Of a stretch of DNA of 64,000 nucleotides, positions 11,779-25,430 are shown piece by piece. The notes beneath the pieces were generated by a model. The model did no database searches, was not told the origin of the DNA, and saw only the letters and a list, made by a program, of their open reading frames with translations. Numbering within the stretch: position 1 is the first letter of the stretch; each line of letters starts with the position of its first letter. Position numbers and translations under genes: made by a program. Source of the stretch: Octopus sinensis (taxonomy: Eukaryota); the NCBI RefSeq assembly GCF_006345805.1, contig NC_043001.1:69316001-69380000 (forward strand), given 5' to 3'.

Positions 11779-12284
11779 AATAACCTTTGCACTTGATTTT
11801 TTAATGTCTCTACCCCCATATTTGCGTGAGTTGAATTGAGCAAACACTATATGAGAGAGGTTTTCTTTAAGTATTAGAAATAGTTTTAAAAACGTTTTTT
11901 TTAGCTGCTATTTCTAATGAGTTCAGTATGCGGCAAAGTAATTTATTTTACTAAGCCCTTTTATATAATGTAATAATTTGAATTCGCCTTAAATGGTCCC
12001 TTTGCATACTGAATACTTGGTGAAATTGATTAATTAATTAATTTTACCCTCAATTGTTGAAATTATAATTCATCTCTCTCTATATAATGCCGCGGATTTT
12101 ACCGAAAAAAGCATAGTGTTTACTGATTTTAACCCACGCTGGTGGAAAGGAGAGAGCAGAAATTCTTCGCTTGCATTTTTGAGTTTGTTGGCACTGTTAG
12201 TTACGAGCAGATCTTCAGAAGCGAGAGGAAGCCGAAAGGGTATGCTCCCACTTTCAGTGTTTTCAAATCCAAACCAGGGAGTTC

Positions 12285-12337
12285 TGAGCTGATGATAGAA
12301 ATGTCGACTTTGACTAATCTTGAAACGTACGTTCTCA
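12285..12337 (+). ncRNA. Hammerhead motif (inverted arm)
   Basis: Same motif on the + strand. Confidence 0.7.
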
Positions 12338-12843
12338 AATAACCTTTGCACTTGATTTTTTAATGTCTCTACCCCCATATTTGCGTGAGTTGAATTGAGC
12401 AAACACTATATGAGAGAGGGTTTCTTTAAGTATTAGAAATAGTTTTTAAAAAGTTTTTTTTAGCTGCTATTTCTAATGAGTTCAGTATGCGGCAAAGTAA
12501 TTTATTTTACTAAGCCCTTTTATATAATGTAATAATTTGAATTCGCCTTAAATGGTCCCTTTGCATACTGAATACTTGGTGAAATTGATTAATTAATTAA
12601 TTTTACCCTCAATTGTTGAAATTATAATTCATCTCTCTCTATATAATGCCGTGGATTTTACCGAAAAAAGCATAGTGTTTACTGATTTTAATCCACGCTG
12701 GTGGAAAGGGGAGAGCAGAAATTCTTCGCTTGCATTTTTGAGTTTGTTGGCACTGTTAGTTACGAGCAGATCTTCAGAAGCGAGAGGAAGCCGAAAGGGT
12801 ATGCTCCCACTTTCAGTGTTTTCAAATCCAAACCAGGGAGTTC

Positions 12844-12896
12844 TGAGCTGATGATAGAAATGTCGACTTTGACTAATCTTGAAACGTACGTTCTCA
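12844..12896 (+). ncRNA. Hammerhead motif (inverted arm)
   Basis: Same motif on the + strand. Confidence 0.7.
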
Positions 12897-13402
12897 AATA
12901 ACCTTTGCACTTGATTTTTTAATGTCTCTACCCCCATATTTGCGTGAGTTGAATTGAGCAAACACTATATGAGAGAGGGTTTCTTTAAGTATTAGAAATA
13001 GTTTTAAAAACGTTTTTTTTAGCTGCTATTTCTAATGAGTTCAGTATGCGGCAAAGTAATTTATTTTACTAAGCCCTTTTATATAATGTAATAATTTGAA
13101 TTCGCCTTAAATGATCCCTTTGCATACTGAATACTTGGTGAAATTGATTAATTAATTAATTTTACCCTCAATTGTTGAAATTATAATTCATCTCTCTCTA
13201 TATAATGCCGCGGATTTTACCGAAAAAAGCATAGTGTTTACTGATTTTAACCCACGCTGGTGGAAAGGAGAGAGCAGAAATTCTTCGCTTGCATTTTTGA
13301 GTTTGTTGGCACTGTTAGTTACGAGCAGATCTTCAGAAGCGAGAGGAAGCCGAAAGGGTATGCTCCCACTTTCAGTGTTTTCAAATCCAAACCAGGGAGT
13401 TC

Positions 13403-13455
13403 TGAGCTGATGATAGAAATGTCGACTTTGACTAATCTTGAAACGTACGTTCTCA
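13403..13455 (+). ncRNA. Hammerhead motif (inverted arm)
   Basis: Same motif on the + strand. Confidence 0.7.
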
Positions 13456-13670
13456 AATAACCTTTGCACTTGATTTTTTAATGTCTCTACCCCCATATTT
13501 GCGTGAGTTGAATTGAGCAAACACTATATGAGAGAGGTTTTCTTTAAGTATTAGAAATAGTTTTAAAAAAGTTTTTTTTAGCTGCTATTTCTAATGAGTT
13601 CAGTATGCGGCAAAGTAATTTATTTTACTAAGCCCTTTTATATAATATATATATATATATATATACATAC

Positions 13671-13809
13671 ACGACGGCCTTCTATCAGTTTCTGTCTAAC
13701 AAATCCACTTAAAAGGTCGACACTTGCCCAAGGTTCCATGCAGTGGGACTGAGTCCGGAACCACGTGGCTGGTTAAAAAGCTTCTCACCACGCAGCTACG
13801 CCTGCGCCT
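13671..13809 (-). mobile_element. tRNA-derived SINE family A, 5' fragment
   Basis: Minus strand begins AGGCGCAGGCGTAGCTGCGTGG and includes a box-B-like GTTCCGGACTCAGTCCC followed by ACCTTGGGCAAGTGT; homologous to 39944-40358. Confidence 0.7.
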
Positions 13810-14444
13810 CCACACGTCCATGCCTTCGCTTATATATATAGTGCATATATATGTATGTATATACGTAATCCAAAATTCTAAATGCAACTGCAAGTAGATC
13901 TACATGTATTTGGGCATCCATTTATGTATTTATTGATGATATAATTTCAAACGCCGTCCTTACTTCGAGGCTTTGCACACCACGTTGTCGTAAAAGATTA
14001 AATACGGAGCGATTTCTCTATTTTACACAAATTCTGTAACTTATCTACTACCTCATTTGTTCGTTATTTACTTAAGAGAGATCAATCACTAACACTCCAG
14101 CATGTGCAGATAATTCAAAATAATATATTTTCACGGTTGCCACTGTCGAATCCAAATATTTACTATTTGTGCTCGCAGGTCCCTCAGGCACTCGTCTATT
14201 TCTTCAAAGCGATAAAGAAAATTCTGCCCGTGGCAAAACATTTATTATGTTCGGTAGTACTTTACAAACCGTTTCAATTTCCATATATCTACAGGTGGTA
14301 TCTAAAGATGTGTATCAATACACGCTCGCACACTGGCAAACAAAACTTATCTTTGGGAGTATGAAGGCGTGTAAAGCTAAAATGACGGGTTTATACATAC
14401 ATATACATGTACATATATATATACATATATATATATATATACAC

Positions 14445-14475
<31 letters not shown>

Positions 14476-15864
14476 CATACACACATATACACACATATAT
14501 ATATATATACTTATATATATATACGCACATATATATATATATACACACCTGTATATATATACACACACACACACACACACATATACATATATATGTAAGT
14601 ATACACACAGGCACGCACGTATGTATGCCAACAGAAAACCATTTTAACTCCAAATTTACCGTATTATACGCCTCTAAAACCTATCACCTTTCTAATACCA
14701 AGACTCCCAGGATTCTGGCAGTAATTAAAAAGAAATACTTATAACCATTCTACGCTTTATAATTCCCAATAGTATTTTGCACTCACATAAAAACAAAATT
14801 TGATTTTATTACTTGTTCCTCCATCGCACATAATTGAAATCTCTTCACATTTTTATAGCAAGTTCATATCTTAACTGTTGAAATGTTATACTTCATTTAA
14901 AGAATTATTTTGTTGCTTTAATTCTTTTCCTTTCTCCACCTCCTTGCTGTTTATCTTCTACTAACGAAGTTGTGATGAGTATTCTGTGGTCGATTGAATT
15001 AAATTGTTGCTAAAATGATGCTTTATTTATATAATACTCAATTTATGCCATATTTAATACATTTACTCTACCATCTGTCATATACTTATTACGTTATATA
15101 GTATAATCATTATTATGATTCGAATATAATGACGATAATACCAATAATAGCAATATAACGTCTCACCATTCAACGACTGCATTGCATGTAAAACTGACTT
15201 TGTGTCAGATTGCAAAAACAATGACTAGAAAGCTTGACGAATGGCTGCAATTTATTCTTTTAAATTAGAACTGAGAAGCCGCAAGTGGAAACTATATTAT
15301 AAATAAGAAGTATCAATCGATAAACTGCCAATGGTTATATAGAAAAAGCTTTAAAGTTTTAATGCATAATTGTCCCATTGAATGCAATGTTGGACAAATA
15401 AAGGGAGGCAGTGGTATGGCAGAATGGTTAGAATCTTGGAAAAATGCCACGTGTTGTTTATTCCAGCTTTTTTTATGCTCTGGTATCACATTCCACCGAG
15501 ATCAAAATTTCCCTTTTATCATTTACAGATGGACGATATAATGAAGCACTATTCAAATACTGACGTCAGTGCTATAGGCTAACCACCCCACTGACATTTT
15601 AGGGATTGTGTCTATGCTAGAAACAATTTGCATTAGAATGGCTGATGAGTTGTTCAGAAATCAAACTTTGTCGACGAAAACGTCCATAAAATAAAGTACC
15701 AGTAAAGTCAAGGAAGCGATATATGCAGACTATGCATATATATGACAAAATATGTATTGTTGAACAAATATGGTACTGGATTGCTAGAATGCTGAACGAA
15801 GTTCATTGTGGGACTGAATTAACTTTCAATATATGGGTATTCTGACTCCAATGTAAAGGGTTTG

Positions 15865-16030
15865 GGACAAGTGGTTTAAGGTGTTCTGCTTACGAGATTA
15901 ATTTTGTTGTTCGACACCTCGGCCGGTTGATGCGTTTTTTTCTTTTTCGCGTTGCTCCAGTTTACTCACTTAAAAATAAGAACCAACCTAGTGCTGGGGC
16001 AAGCTTTTCTCCCCACCTGATGTTCCTTTG
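15865..16030 (+). mobile_element. SINE family C, diverged copy (approximate limits)
   Basis: AGTGGTTTAAGGTGTTC..GTTCGACACC..CGTTGCTCCAGTTTACTCA; similar to the reverse complement of 53870-54111. Confidence 0.45.
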
Positions 16031-16671
16031 GATCAATTTTGGAACAGATGAACGGATGCATATGTTATACTCGCGACTGCATAGGCACTTAATAAATATA
16101 ATTTGCAAAAGCATGATACAAGTACTACTACAAGTCATACACAATTACGAGTGGCGGTTATATACTTTATATTTTTGTTTTCAAATCATACTGATAGTGA
16201 CTTTTTTTTCTATTTCCGTTATCGCTAAATAGTTATCCTGATCCTTATATAATGCAGTTAATATAATCGAAGGAATTGTTACCCAATATTTGAGACATTG
16301 CACTACTGTTAGAAAACAATAATTATTTAGAAAAAAGCTTTTTAAAACAATAAGATATTATCGATAACAGTGGTAGGGTTGGCTATATGGTTAAGAAATT
16401 CACTTTGCAACAACATGATTTTAGGCTCACTCCCCATGCGAGGGAATTCGAGCAAGTAGCTTCTGATATAAGTTCGAGTGGACTAAATTTGTTTAATGGA
16501 AACTGTGAAATCCCGTTGTGTGTGTGTGTGTGTGTATGTGCGCGTGCGTGCGTGTGAATGTGTGAGTGTGTGTATCTGAGTGGGTGAATTATATATTATA
16601 TAATATATGATATATATATATATATATGTATTTTCTTTTCGTAACATATATATATATATATACTATATATA

Positions 16672-16732
<61 letters not shown>

Positions 16733-16741
16733 GTAAGTAAA

Positions 16742-17450
16742 ATTACGTAATATGTTAATAGTGAATCATGTATGCGAATAATCCATATTTTTATTGCTTT
16801 TTCTTTTGTCTTGCTCGATTACGTTTTGGTTGTTTCACTAATTTTTTCTTGAGAACATTTCTTAGTTGTAAGAGCATAGCGGATCTATTTCTAGCATAAG
16901 GGTGTCCATATAATGGATTCCCTCTATGTATATAATACAATTTCACTGAACCTGCAGTTATTTTATATGCTAGACCTCTGGTGTGAAATCGATGTTAATT
17001 AAATTAATATCTAGTTTCTCACCCTCATTTTAAATTTATATTTAAATTAATATGTTCTCTAACCGGCAAAGGCTACTGCAGTAAAGCATTTTCTGCAGCA
17101 TCAGTTTTTCCGGTTACTTAGCGCACCAAAACGAGGACATTTGAAATAGTAACCACGAGTATTATGGGTAGAGCTGTTTTACAAGTCTGACTTTGTGCGG
17201 ATGTCCTAGTATGCAGTCCTGCTAATTATATTCATCTGGACGGTCACACCGATGATCTACTGACGTTTACGTAATATGTTAATAGTGAAACATGTATGTG
17301 AATAATCCATATTTTTAAAGCTTTTTCGTTTGTCTTGCTCGATTACGGTTTGGTTGTTTTGCTAAATTTTTCTTGAGAACATTTCTTAGTGGTAAGAGAA
17401 TAGCGGATCTATTTCTAGCATAAAGGTTTCCACATAGTGGTTTCTCTCTA
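16742..17450 (+). repeat. Diverged direct duplication of ~185 bp (16742-16925 and 17266-17450)
   Basis: Shared TTACGTAATATGTTAATAGTGAA...GCGGATCTATTTCTAGCATAA. Confidence 0.8.
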
Positions 17451-17802
17451 ATATGTATGTATATATATGTCTCACCTTGTTTTGCATTTATGTGATCACC
17501 TGTGTGTGTGTATTTATAGACACACACACATATATATACGAGGTGTGCTGAAGAGTTACTGGCTTTAAGGTTATCGCGAAAAAACTTGGAGGCCCAACAT
17601 ACCGAGTTCTTTTACGGGGCTAAGAAAAACTGAAGGTTCACTGCAATATGTGTGTGAATCTGAGAGGGGATGCTTCCCAACAACAACATCTGCCCTGGTT
17701 CAGTCTTATTGCGTGGCAACTCGCGTAAGTGTCTTATACTATAGTTTTGGGCTGACCAAGATCTTGAATGGATTTTCAGACGGAATCTGAGCGAAGCCCG
17801 TC

Positions 17803-17970
<168 letters not shown>

Positions 17971-17989
17971 GTATATATATATATATATG

Positions 17990-18047
<58 letters not shown>

Positions 18048-18516
18048 TAGCAATAAGAAAATGAAGGGGATCAAGAGTTGGTATTCATCAACTTATAGAC
18101 ATTATATCGTGTCTATTTATTTAGTTTTTTTATGACAATTATAGCAGTATACATACATGCATAACATATTATGCTTTACATATAAAAAGTATAAAATATA
18201 TAATATAAAAATACCAGTAATTATTAAAATGTATAACGTAGAACATAAAAGATAGGATAGAATCTTACAGCTGTATCCCATTCTACTTTTATCCCTCCAG
18301 TGAACTGAAGTATTTAGTAGATAAGATTAAGGTACTTGGGTGTCTCTGGGCTTTGTCAGAGCGTTCAGAAAGTCCATAAGGTTAAGTTATAAATATAAAT
18401 ACATACATATATACATACTTTTACATATACACACATATATATAGATGTACATAAACACATATACCTATATTAAGATGTTTATGCATATGTATATGTATAT
18501 GCTTACAAAGGAATCA

Positions 18517-18559
<43 letters not shown>

Positions 18560-18589
18560 TTATTATTATTATTGTTATTATTATTATTA

Positions 18590-18623
<34 letters not shown>

Positions 18624-18778
18624 GTGTATTATATTATTCTTATATAAAGTATAAACAGAGGTAGGAGAAAGTTATTAAAAGATAAATAATAGTGCGATTT
18701 AAAAAACCAATGTATCTTAAGATTATTGAAGTTATGTAGGAATAAAAAGATATATACACGAGGAACATATATATGTAT

Positions 18779-18826
<48 letters not shown>

Positions 18827-19789
18827 TTTATGTACAAACATACCGATAGGTACATGCATATTACATGTATTGAGAAGGGAGTATTATTCTTTTTATATAA
18901 TTATAATAATACACAATCATATATTTATATATTGATATAAACATGCGATATGTTTTCTATTGCGGGTTTTAGACAAAAGAATATTGGTTGACACAGAATA
19001 TTGGTTGACACAGAGTACTATAATCCATATAAATATACATTCTTTGGTGACAAAAGTATGTTGAGAATATAAAAAAGTTTAACAAGCTCATTGAAATAAT
19101 GGGCAGAAAAGATTAAAACAAATATATTATACATCTCAAGGTAATTTCCAGAAGGAATTATCAAAAAAGTTCAGTATACACATACAGAATATTATGAGTT
19201 CAAAAAAGATTTACATTATAATAGTGGTGGAGCTAAAACTGACCTGTCCGTTTTAGGAGGAGAAAAATGTGGAACTCTGTGCATGTTTGAATATACAGAT
19301 ACAATACCAATATCAATTCCTTCTTGAAACTATCTTAAGTATGTCCTTGAGAACGATTATTTATGTAGTAATATTTTGTGCCAATATTTTAAGGAACTTG
19401 TTGAACTTTTTTATGTCCTTAACATGTCCCTGTTACCAAAGACTGTATATATGTAATGTAGCAATTTGCAACAACCAATAATTAACGCAACCAAACTTCT
19501 ACATATTACTTTTGACAATCTTTTTTCCAAAGAGTGAAACCGATATTTGACTACGGGCTTGTTGGAGCACTGCCTTTAGTCGAACAAATCAACCCCAGGA
19601 ATTATTCTTTGTCACTGCCTAGAATCGAACTGGGAATGACAATAACATCGAAAAATACCTTAGGAATGAGAACCCAGGTTCGAAATTTCCTGAAGACACC
19701 TGCTGAAAGCTGGAGGGTATATCAAACGAAACGTTGTGTTAACAACAAAGATGAGGACAAATATCCCCAAAATGTAAATAACATATTTC

Positions 19790-19864
19790 AATTACCTGAA
19801 GATTGACTGTAACCATAACTCGAATTATTACGAATTGGACAGCCATGAAACGATCGTAGTGTTT
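19790..19864 (+). ncRNA. Type I hammerhead motif with extended stem II (solo PLE pLTR remnant)
   Basis: AATTAC-CTGAAGA-TTGACTGT...ACAGCCAT-GAAAC-GATC-GTA-GTGTTT; complete core, imperfect stems. Confidence 0.55.
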
Positions 19865-19996
19865 TACTCTTTATCTTTTATTAAACTTTTAATACTTTTG
19901 ATATATATTTAAAATAATATTAATTAATTAATTTTATGTATTGGCTTAAGTTTTTCATTGTTTGATTTGTCTAATAGTGGTTTTATCTCTAATTTA

Positions 19997-20036
<40 letters not shown>

Positions 20037-20849
20037 TATGTATACATACACACACAGATATATATAAATATATGTATGCATGTATGTATGTCTGAATGTA
20101 TGTATGTATGTATGTGTTTGTGTGTATGTTCAATATTTGCGCGATAATGTTTTCATCTGATCAGTTTGCCATGTTAAGGCTTTGTTTCTTGTTGGATATG
20201 AGTTCTTTTTATAATATTAACATTTTTATTTTACTCATATATCAATACGTGTTTTATTTGATTGTTTTATAAATATTAATGTTTTAATATCAAATTAACA
20301 ACTGTGGATTTTTGAATGATATCATAATTTTCCTCTGCTTGCATATGTCTGATTTCCAATTGAATTATGTTTCAATTAATTACCTAAAACAATATTAGTT
20401 AATTACAAGATTGCAAGCCTCTTTACGCCTATGTATAATATTGTGTAAATAATATGAAATACCCATTGTATTCATATGATTGGATGTTTGTATTAGATTT
20501 CCACTACAGTTAATTTTGCTGACATTGAAGTTCATGTATTAATATTCTACTCCGCGTTATTCCTGCAGCAGTTTCATAACTGAAAGCCGCAAGCTATACT
20601 TCGTCGCTTGTTGAACGATAAAGATAACGTCAGTTCTCTTAAATTATTAATTACATCCATATTTAGAAAGACATTTTCACTTGTTGCATATGGTAACGTA
20701 AGCTATCGAATATGTATAAGCTGATTCGATTGTAACATTTACCAACTTAAATTTTATTTTGTAAAGTTAATGATACACTGACAGTGATAAATATGCTTTT
20801 TATACTGTATGTAATAAATATCCACATTAAAATAAGTATAAACACGGGA

Positions 20850-21050
20850 CATTGACTATGGCTATGCATGAGCACCATCTTGAAGGATTTGATCTACCAA
20901 GTCGACCCCAGTACTTATTGTATTGGTGCCTTTTTTTCGAACCGCTAAGATACAAGTGACGTAAAGAAACACCGGTTATAAAGCGGCGATGAGGGGATAA
21001 AACAAACACAAAAACACATGCACACACGAGCGTGCACAGACACACACAAG

Positions 21051-21101
<51 letters not shown>

Positions 21102-21230
21102 AAAGCTGACTTCCATACAGTTCCTCTCTGGAGGCATTTGATGACTTGGGCCCGAGCTATAGTAGAAAACATTATATGGTTGGAAAGCGGTCCTCTGAAC
21201 TGCATATCGTTGCCATGTTATTTTTAAATG
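20850..21230 (-). mobile_element. SINE family A, old diverged copy (approximate limits)
   Basis: Colinear similarity to 30485-30883, including the internal (CA)n tract. Confidence 0.55.
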
Positions 21231-21989
21231 AATTGAATTAAAAGAAAATTAAATTTAAAATAAATTACATTCATTTGAACAATAAACAGGATGAAGAATT
21301 GGACGTTGTCAGCGCTGCTAAATTTTTTTTCGATCTCACATGTATTTGTTAATTTAGGGTTTGATAAACGTGGCGTATCCATATATTGCGTTAGGGATTT
21401 ATCGAGGGGAAGCTAAGTGAAATGGCCACTAGTCGCTCCGGAAGCTATGTTAAGCTCTTCGCATTTTCGGTTGGTTTATCCTCTACTATATAGGGAATGT
21501 TCAATACTATCAAGACATATGAGACCAACGAGAATTCCTCAATTATATCAACTAATTCTCCATAAAATTACAAACTGCACCCTTAAGGAAGAAATAGTGT
21601 CTTACATAATGCATTTCCGCCCACATCATACAAAATGGGTCCGGCTAGTTGGGAATCGAATGTTTTTATCAGATAGACTGATAAGCAATAACAACTACAA
21701 CTGCAGCAACTAGCAAAAACTATAACTACTACAGAAGCAAGTAATAGAAAATAAATATTAAGGAATGAATTAATGCAATTCAAATATACGAAATGGAATC
21801 AACATAACCAGCTCAATAGTCATTAATGTACAAACATACAGATGTGAGAGGTTCGGAAAAGAGGCTAAAACTCTCTCCAAATATCATTACCCCAAGCGCC
21901 TAAAATAACACCCCTAAAAATAACGCTTAAGAAAAAGGAAAACAACAAACAGGGGAAACAACAAAAGCGAGAAGTAAAAGTAAAAGTTT

Positions 21990-24400
21990 TTTTAAATGGA
22001 TTAAAATACAAAGAAAGTTAACTGGAAGCAGTAAACAAAATGCGGACCACTTGTAGATTTCACATAAAGGATGACTCCTGGTATGGAGAAATGGGAACAA
22101 ATTGCCGATATATTCATTATAAATTCGGATCGAATGTGACTCAAATAGGTAACTATTCCACACATAATTATCACGGTACAGAGAAAGCCCACAATAAAAC
22201 CCCAGCAGTAAGAAGAGACAAAATGCACCACGTACACTCATTGAAAATGATATGCAGATGCTGTGTGAACTGCAGTGAACGAATCAGGAAATATTTTAGC
22301 TGTGGCACAAAAGATAGTACATCAGCTGCCATGGCTACAAAAATAACTAAACCAAATTCATGCTCGCACACAAGATTACCGTATATTATAGGCCTAGAAG
22401 GTTATCGTTACCACAAACCCAATCCCAAACATCTCGCAAATACTACAATTAATATGTGTGAGTTATTTCTACCCGTGATGAAACCATGCCTATATCACTT
22501 AGCAAAATACATCTGTCGGAAGATATAAACAATGCGTAGATACACGTATCCAAGTGTGATCTGTTTTGCACAGACAGAAAAGAAACTGTACAAACGAGAA
22601 GATGCTACACTCTTAACTATTTTGTTGCATTCAGACTCAGTTTATGAAGCAAGTATAATGTATGTAAAGCAATTCAATGTAATAAAATGTATGCTGCGTC
22701 CGTGTGACACCTTAAATCGCGTTACAAAATTTGAGGAAAGCTTTAGAATTATAAAAAAAGGATCAATGAAACTAAATAAAAACATCAGTGTTCTTCTGAT
22801 GAGTAACTTCAACTACTCCAACATTAGTTGGTCATAATATCAGGAATGACAAGCAAAGAAGAGCAAAATTCCTGCTTGATCATAAGAAAAGGATATTTAT
22901 GGAAAACTGTTCGATACCGAATCAAGGACCAGAATCTGGTCCACTGCTTCACAAATAAAATGGAACTTAGCCAAAATATGAATGTGTTGCCATCAATTTT
23001 CTCATACAACAATATAATAGAATCAGCAATTTATGGACCCACACTACTCCATCCAAACGCTATCGAGCCTGAATTTCAACAAGCCTGTCCAGAAATCGAT
23101 TCGAAAAGAGATCATCGAGTAAAATCGGTCCCAAAGTCTCTCTTGCAAATAAGCAAGCTTGATGAGTCCTTAAACATAGAAAATCCACTCTTGATTACAT
23201 CAACATAAAAGATTTATCGGCAATTGACATGATGAACTCGTACTCAGCGGCGGGTTTTCCAGTTCTTTTAAAGGCATGCGAGAAAGCTATCACCAAATCT
23301 CTGCAGATTTTTTTTTCTTGAGTTTCATCGTAGGTAGTAAACTTCCCAAAATATTAAAAGAAGGTATCATAATCCTGTCCACAAAGGAAAGAGTAGAGCA
23401 GGTGTTAAAATTTATAGGTCTGTCTCTCTTATCTCACATATCAATACAGCTATGAAACGCATTGTCAGAAAGAAACTGATCACGTCGTTAGAAGGAAATG
23501 ACCTGGTCCCTAATACGCAGCACGTCTTCGGCCAGGAAGGAACTGCCTCACATAGCTGCAACAGTATTATGATTGGTTTCGAAAACAACAACACAACCAT
23601 TCAAATGTGGATATTATATCTCGTACCTTTACCGAAGCTTTCGAAAACATCTATTACTGGATGATATGAAACAAACTACTTTACCATGGTATCCGTGGTT
23701 AACTAGGGGAATAGCTACACGACTTTCGAAAAGTGCAATTGCAGCCAATAGTAGTTTCTCTTAGGAGACATCAATATTCATCGGAGATCTCCAAGGAATT
23801 GCACTGGGATCACTAATAGTGGTGGGTGCTCTCTCATATTTATCTTCATTCATACAATCAGCTACTCTTACCAGCCATGATCAAGGTACAAAAGTATCGA
23901 TGGCAAGAAAACTCCAATCTACAAAAAGATGTGAACACATTATACACATGGGATGAAGATAACAATTTATTTCCCAATGCTGGCGAAGATTCAAGCACTG
24001 CAGTGTGGACACACGAACAGATTTCCATCAGAATATACAGAAGCGGAGAGTATTGCAGTATAAGAGGTGGTGTCAGCGCGTAATCTGACATTTCACACGA
24101 GTGGTGATGTGTCATTCTATGTGCAGATGATTAAGACGCCAATAATGTGGAGGCAACTGGCTGGTTGCATTCTGAGACCATTCAGAACATATAAAAGGAA
24201 AACACGCTGCACCTATAGAGAATACTCGTACTGCCTTGCTAGAATTACTGCTCCCAGTTATGGCCACCATAAAGCATCAGTTTAACAGCTAAGTTCTAGG
24301 AAATACGACACCTCCATAAGAAGTCGATTGCGAAAGATGAACTACAGGGAGAGGCTGAAAGATCTGAGAAACTATACGCGCTACAGCAGAGAAGCGAAAG
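21990..24400 (+). pseudogene. Decayed CR1/L2-type LINE remnant (ORF1 Zn-finger-like region, APE endonuclease, RT)
   Basis: Translated remnants NCRYIHYK; MLRPCD..LLMSNFNYSNISW (cf. YRPP..GDFN); NYRSVSLISH..MKRIVRKKL..NDLVPNTQHVF; LQKDVNTLYTW. Many stops and frameshifts; limits approximate. Confidence 0.65.
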
Positions 24401-24407
24401 ATATGCA

Positions 24408-24775
<368 letters not shown>

Positions 24776-25327
24776 TACGTATGTATATCTAGCTCTCGCT
24801 CTTTGCCTCTTTCGTTCTGTATAAATTACACTTTCAATTGTAAGAATTTTTCAAATTGATGCTAAAAGCTTTAAACATTCTTTAGTGTTAGATTACAATA
24901 TTTAATTTTGTATTGATAGGAAGGAAATATTGTTCCTTCCTTCTCAATCATTCCATCAATTCTGCAGTAGTTGTCTTTTTTGGACGGTAAGCACCATCGA
25001 AAAGAATCCTCAGATTTACTTCTGCAGAATGGTAAGTATTGATTTCTTTTTACCATCCTCTGCCACAGTCAATTTATACTATGTCTCAAAGACTGTACGT
25101 GTCAAGTATTTTCATTTGAAAACGTAATGTTTTAATGATGCATAAGATTACATGCAGTTATTGATTACACAAAGGCCATAGACCTATTCATGCACACACA
25201 CATACACATACATACGCATGTATGCAAGAAGGCTATAAAGGCACACATATCTGTATGTGTACATGTATGCTTACACATTCACGTATGTCTGAAAACATAT
25301 ACGTATATCCAACTTATATTTATATAC

Positions 25328-25401
<74 letters not shown>

Positions 25402-25430
25402 CTTTATTTAAAGCAGCAGAAAATTCAACA

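Larger units (their letters stand above)
8791..13646. mobile_element. Tandem and inverted array of ~559-bp HHR-containing monomers (retrozyme-like or PLE pLTR multimer)
   Basis: Forward units 8791-9346, 9347-9904, 9905-10463, 10464-11021 and partial 11022-11136. Inverted partial 11134-11508, full units 11509-12067, 12068-12626, 12627-13185, and partial 13186-13646. (TA)n on both flanks. Confidence 0.9.

Noticed and set aside
8791-13646. CRISPR-like or ordinary satellite interpretation of the array
   Set aside because: No unique spacers, eukaryotic context, and the HHR motif plus central inversion fit a retroposed multimer better.
18255-18360. HHR-like remnant on the minus strand (CTGACAA..GATAC-AGCT-GTA)
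   Set aside because: Both core halves are mutated and stem I is poor; at best a dead pLTR fragment.
24930-25040. Possible small exons with AG/GTAAG signals (also CAGGTAAGT near 58991)
   Set aside because: Splice-like words are common in AT-rich DNA; no coherent reading frame or homology to support a host gene.
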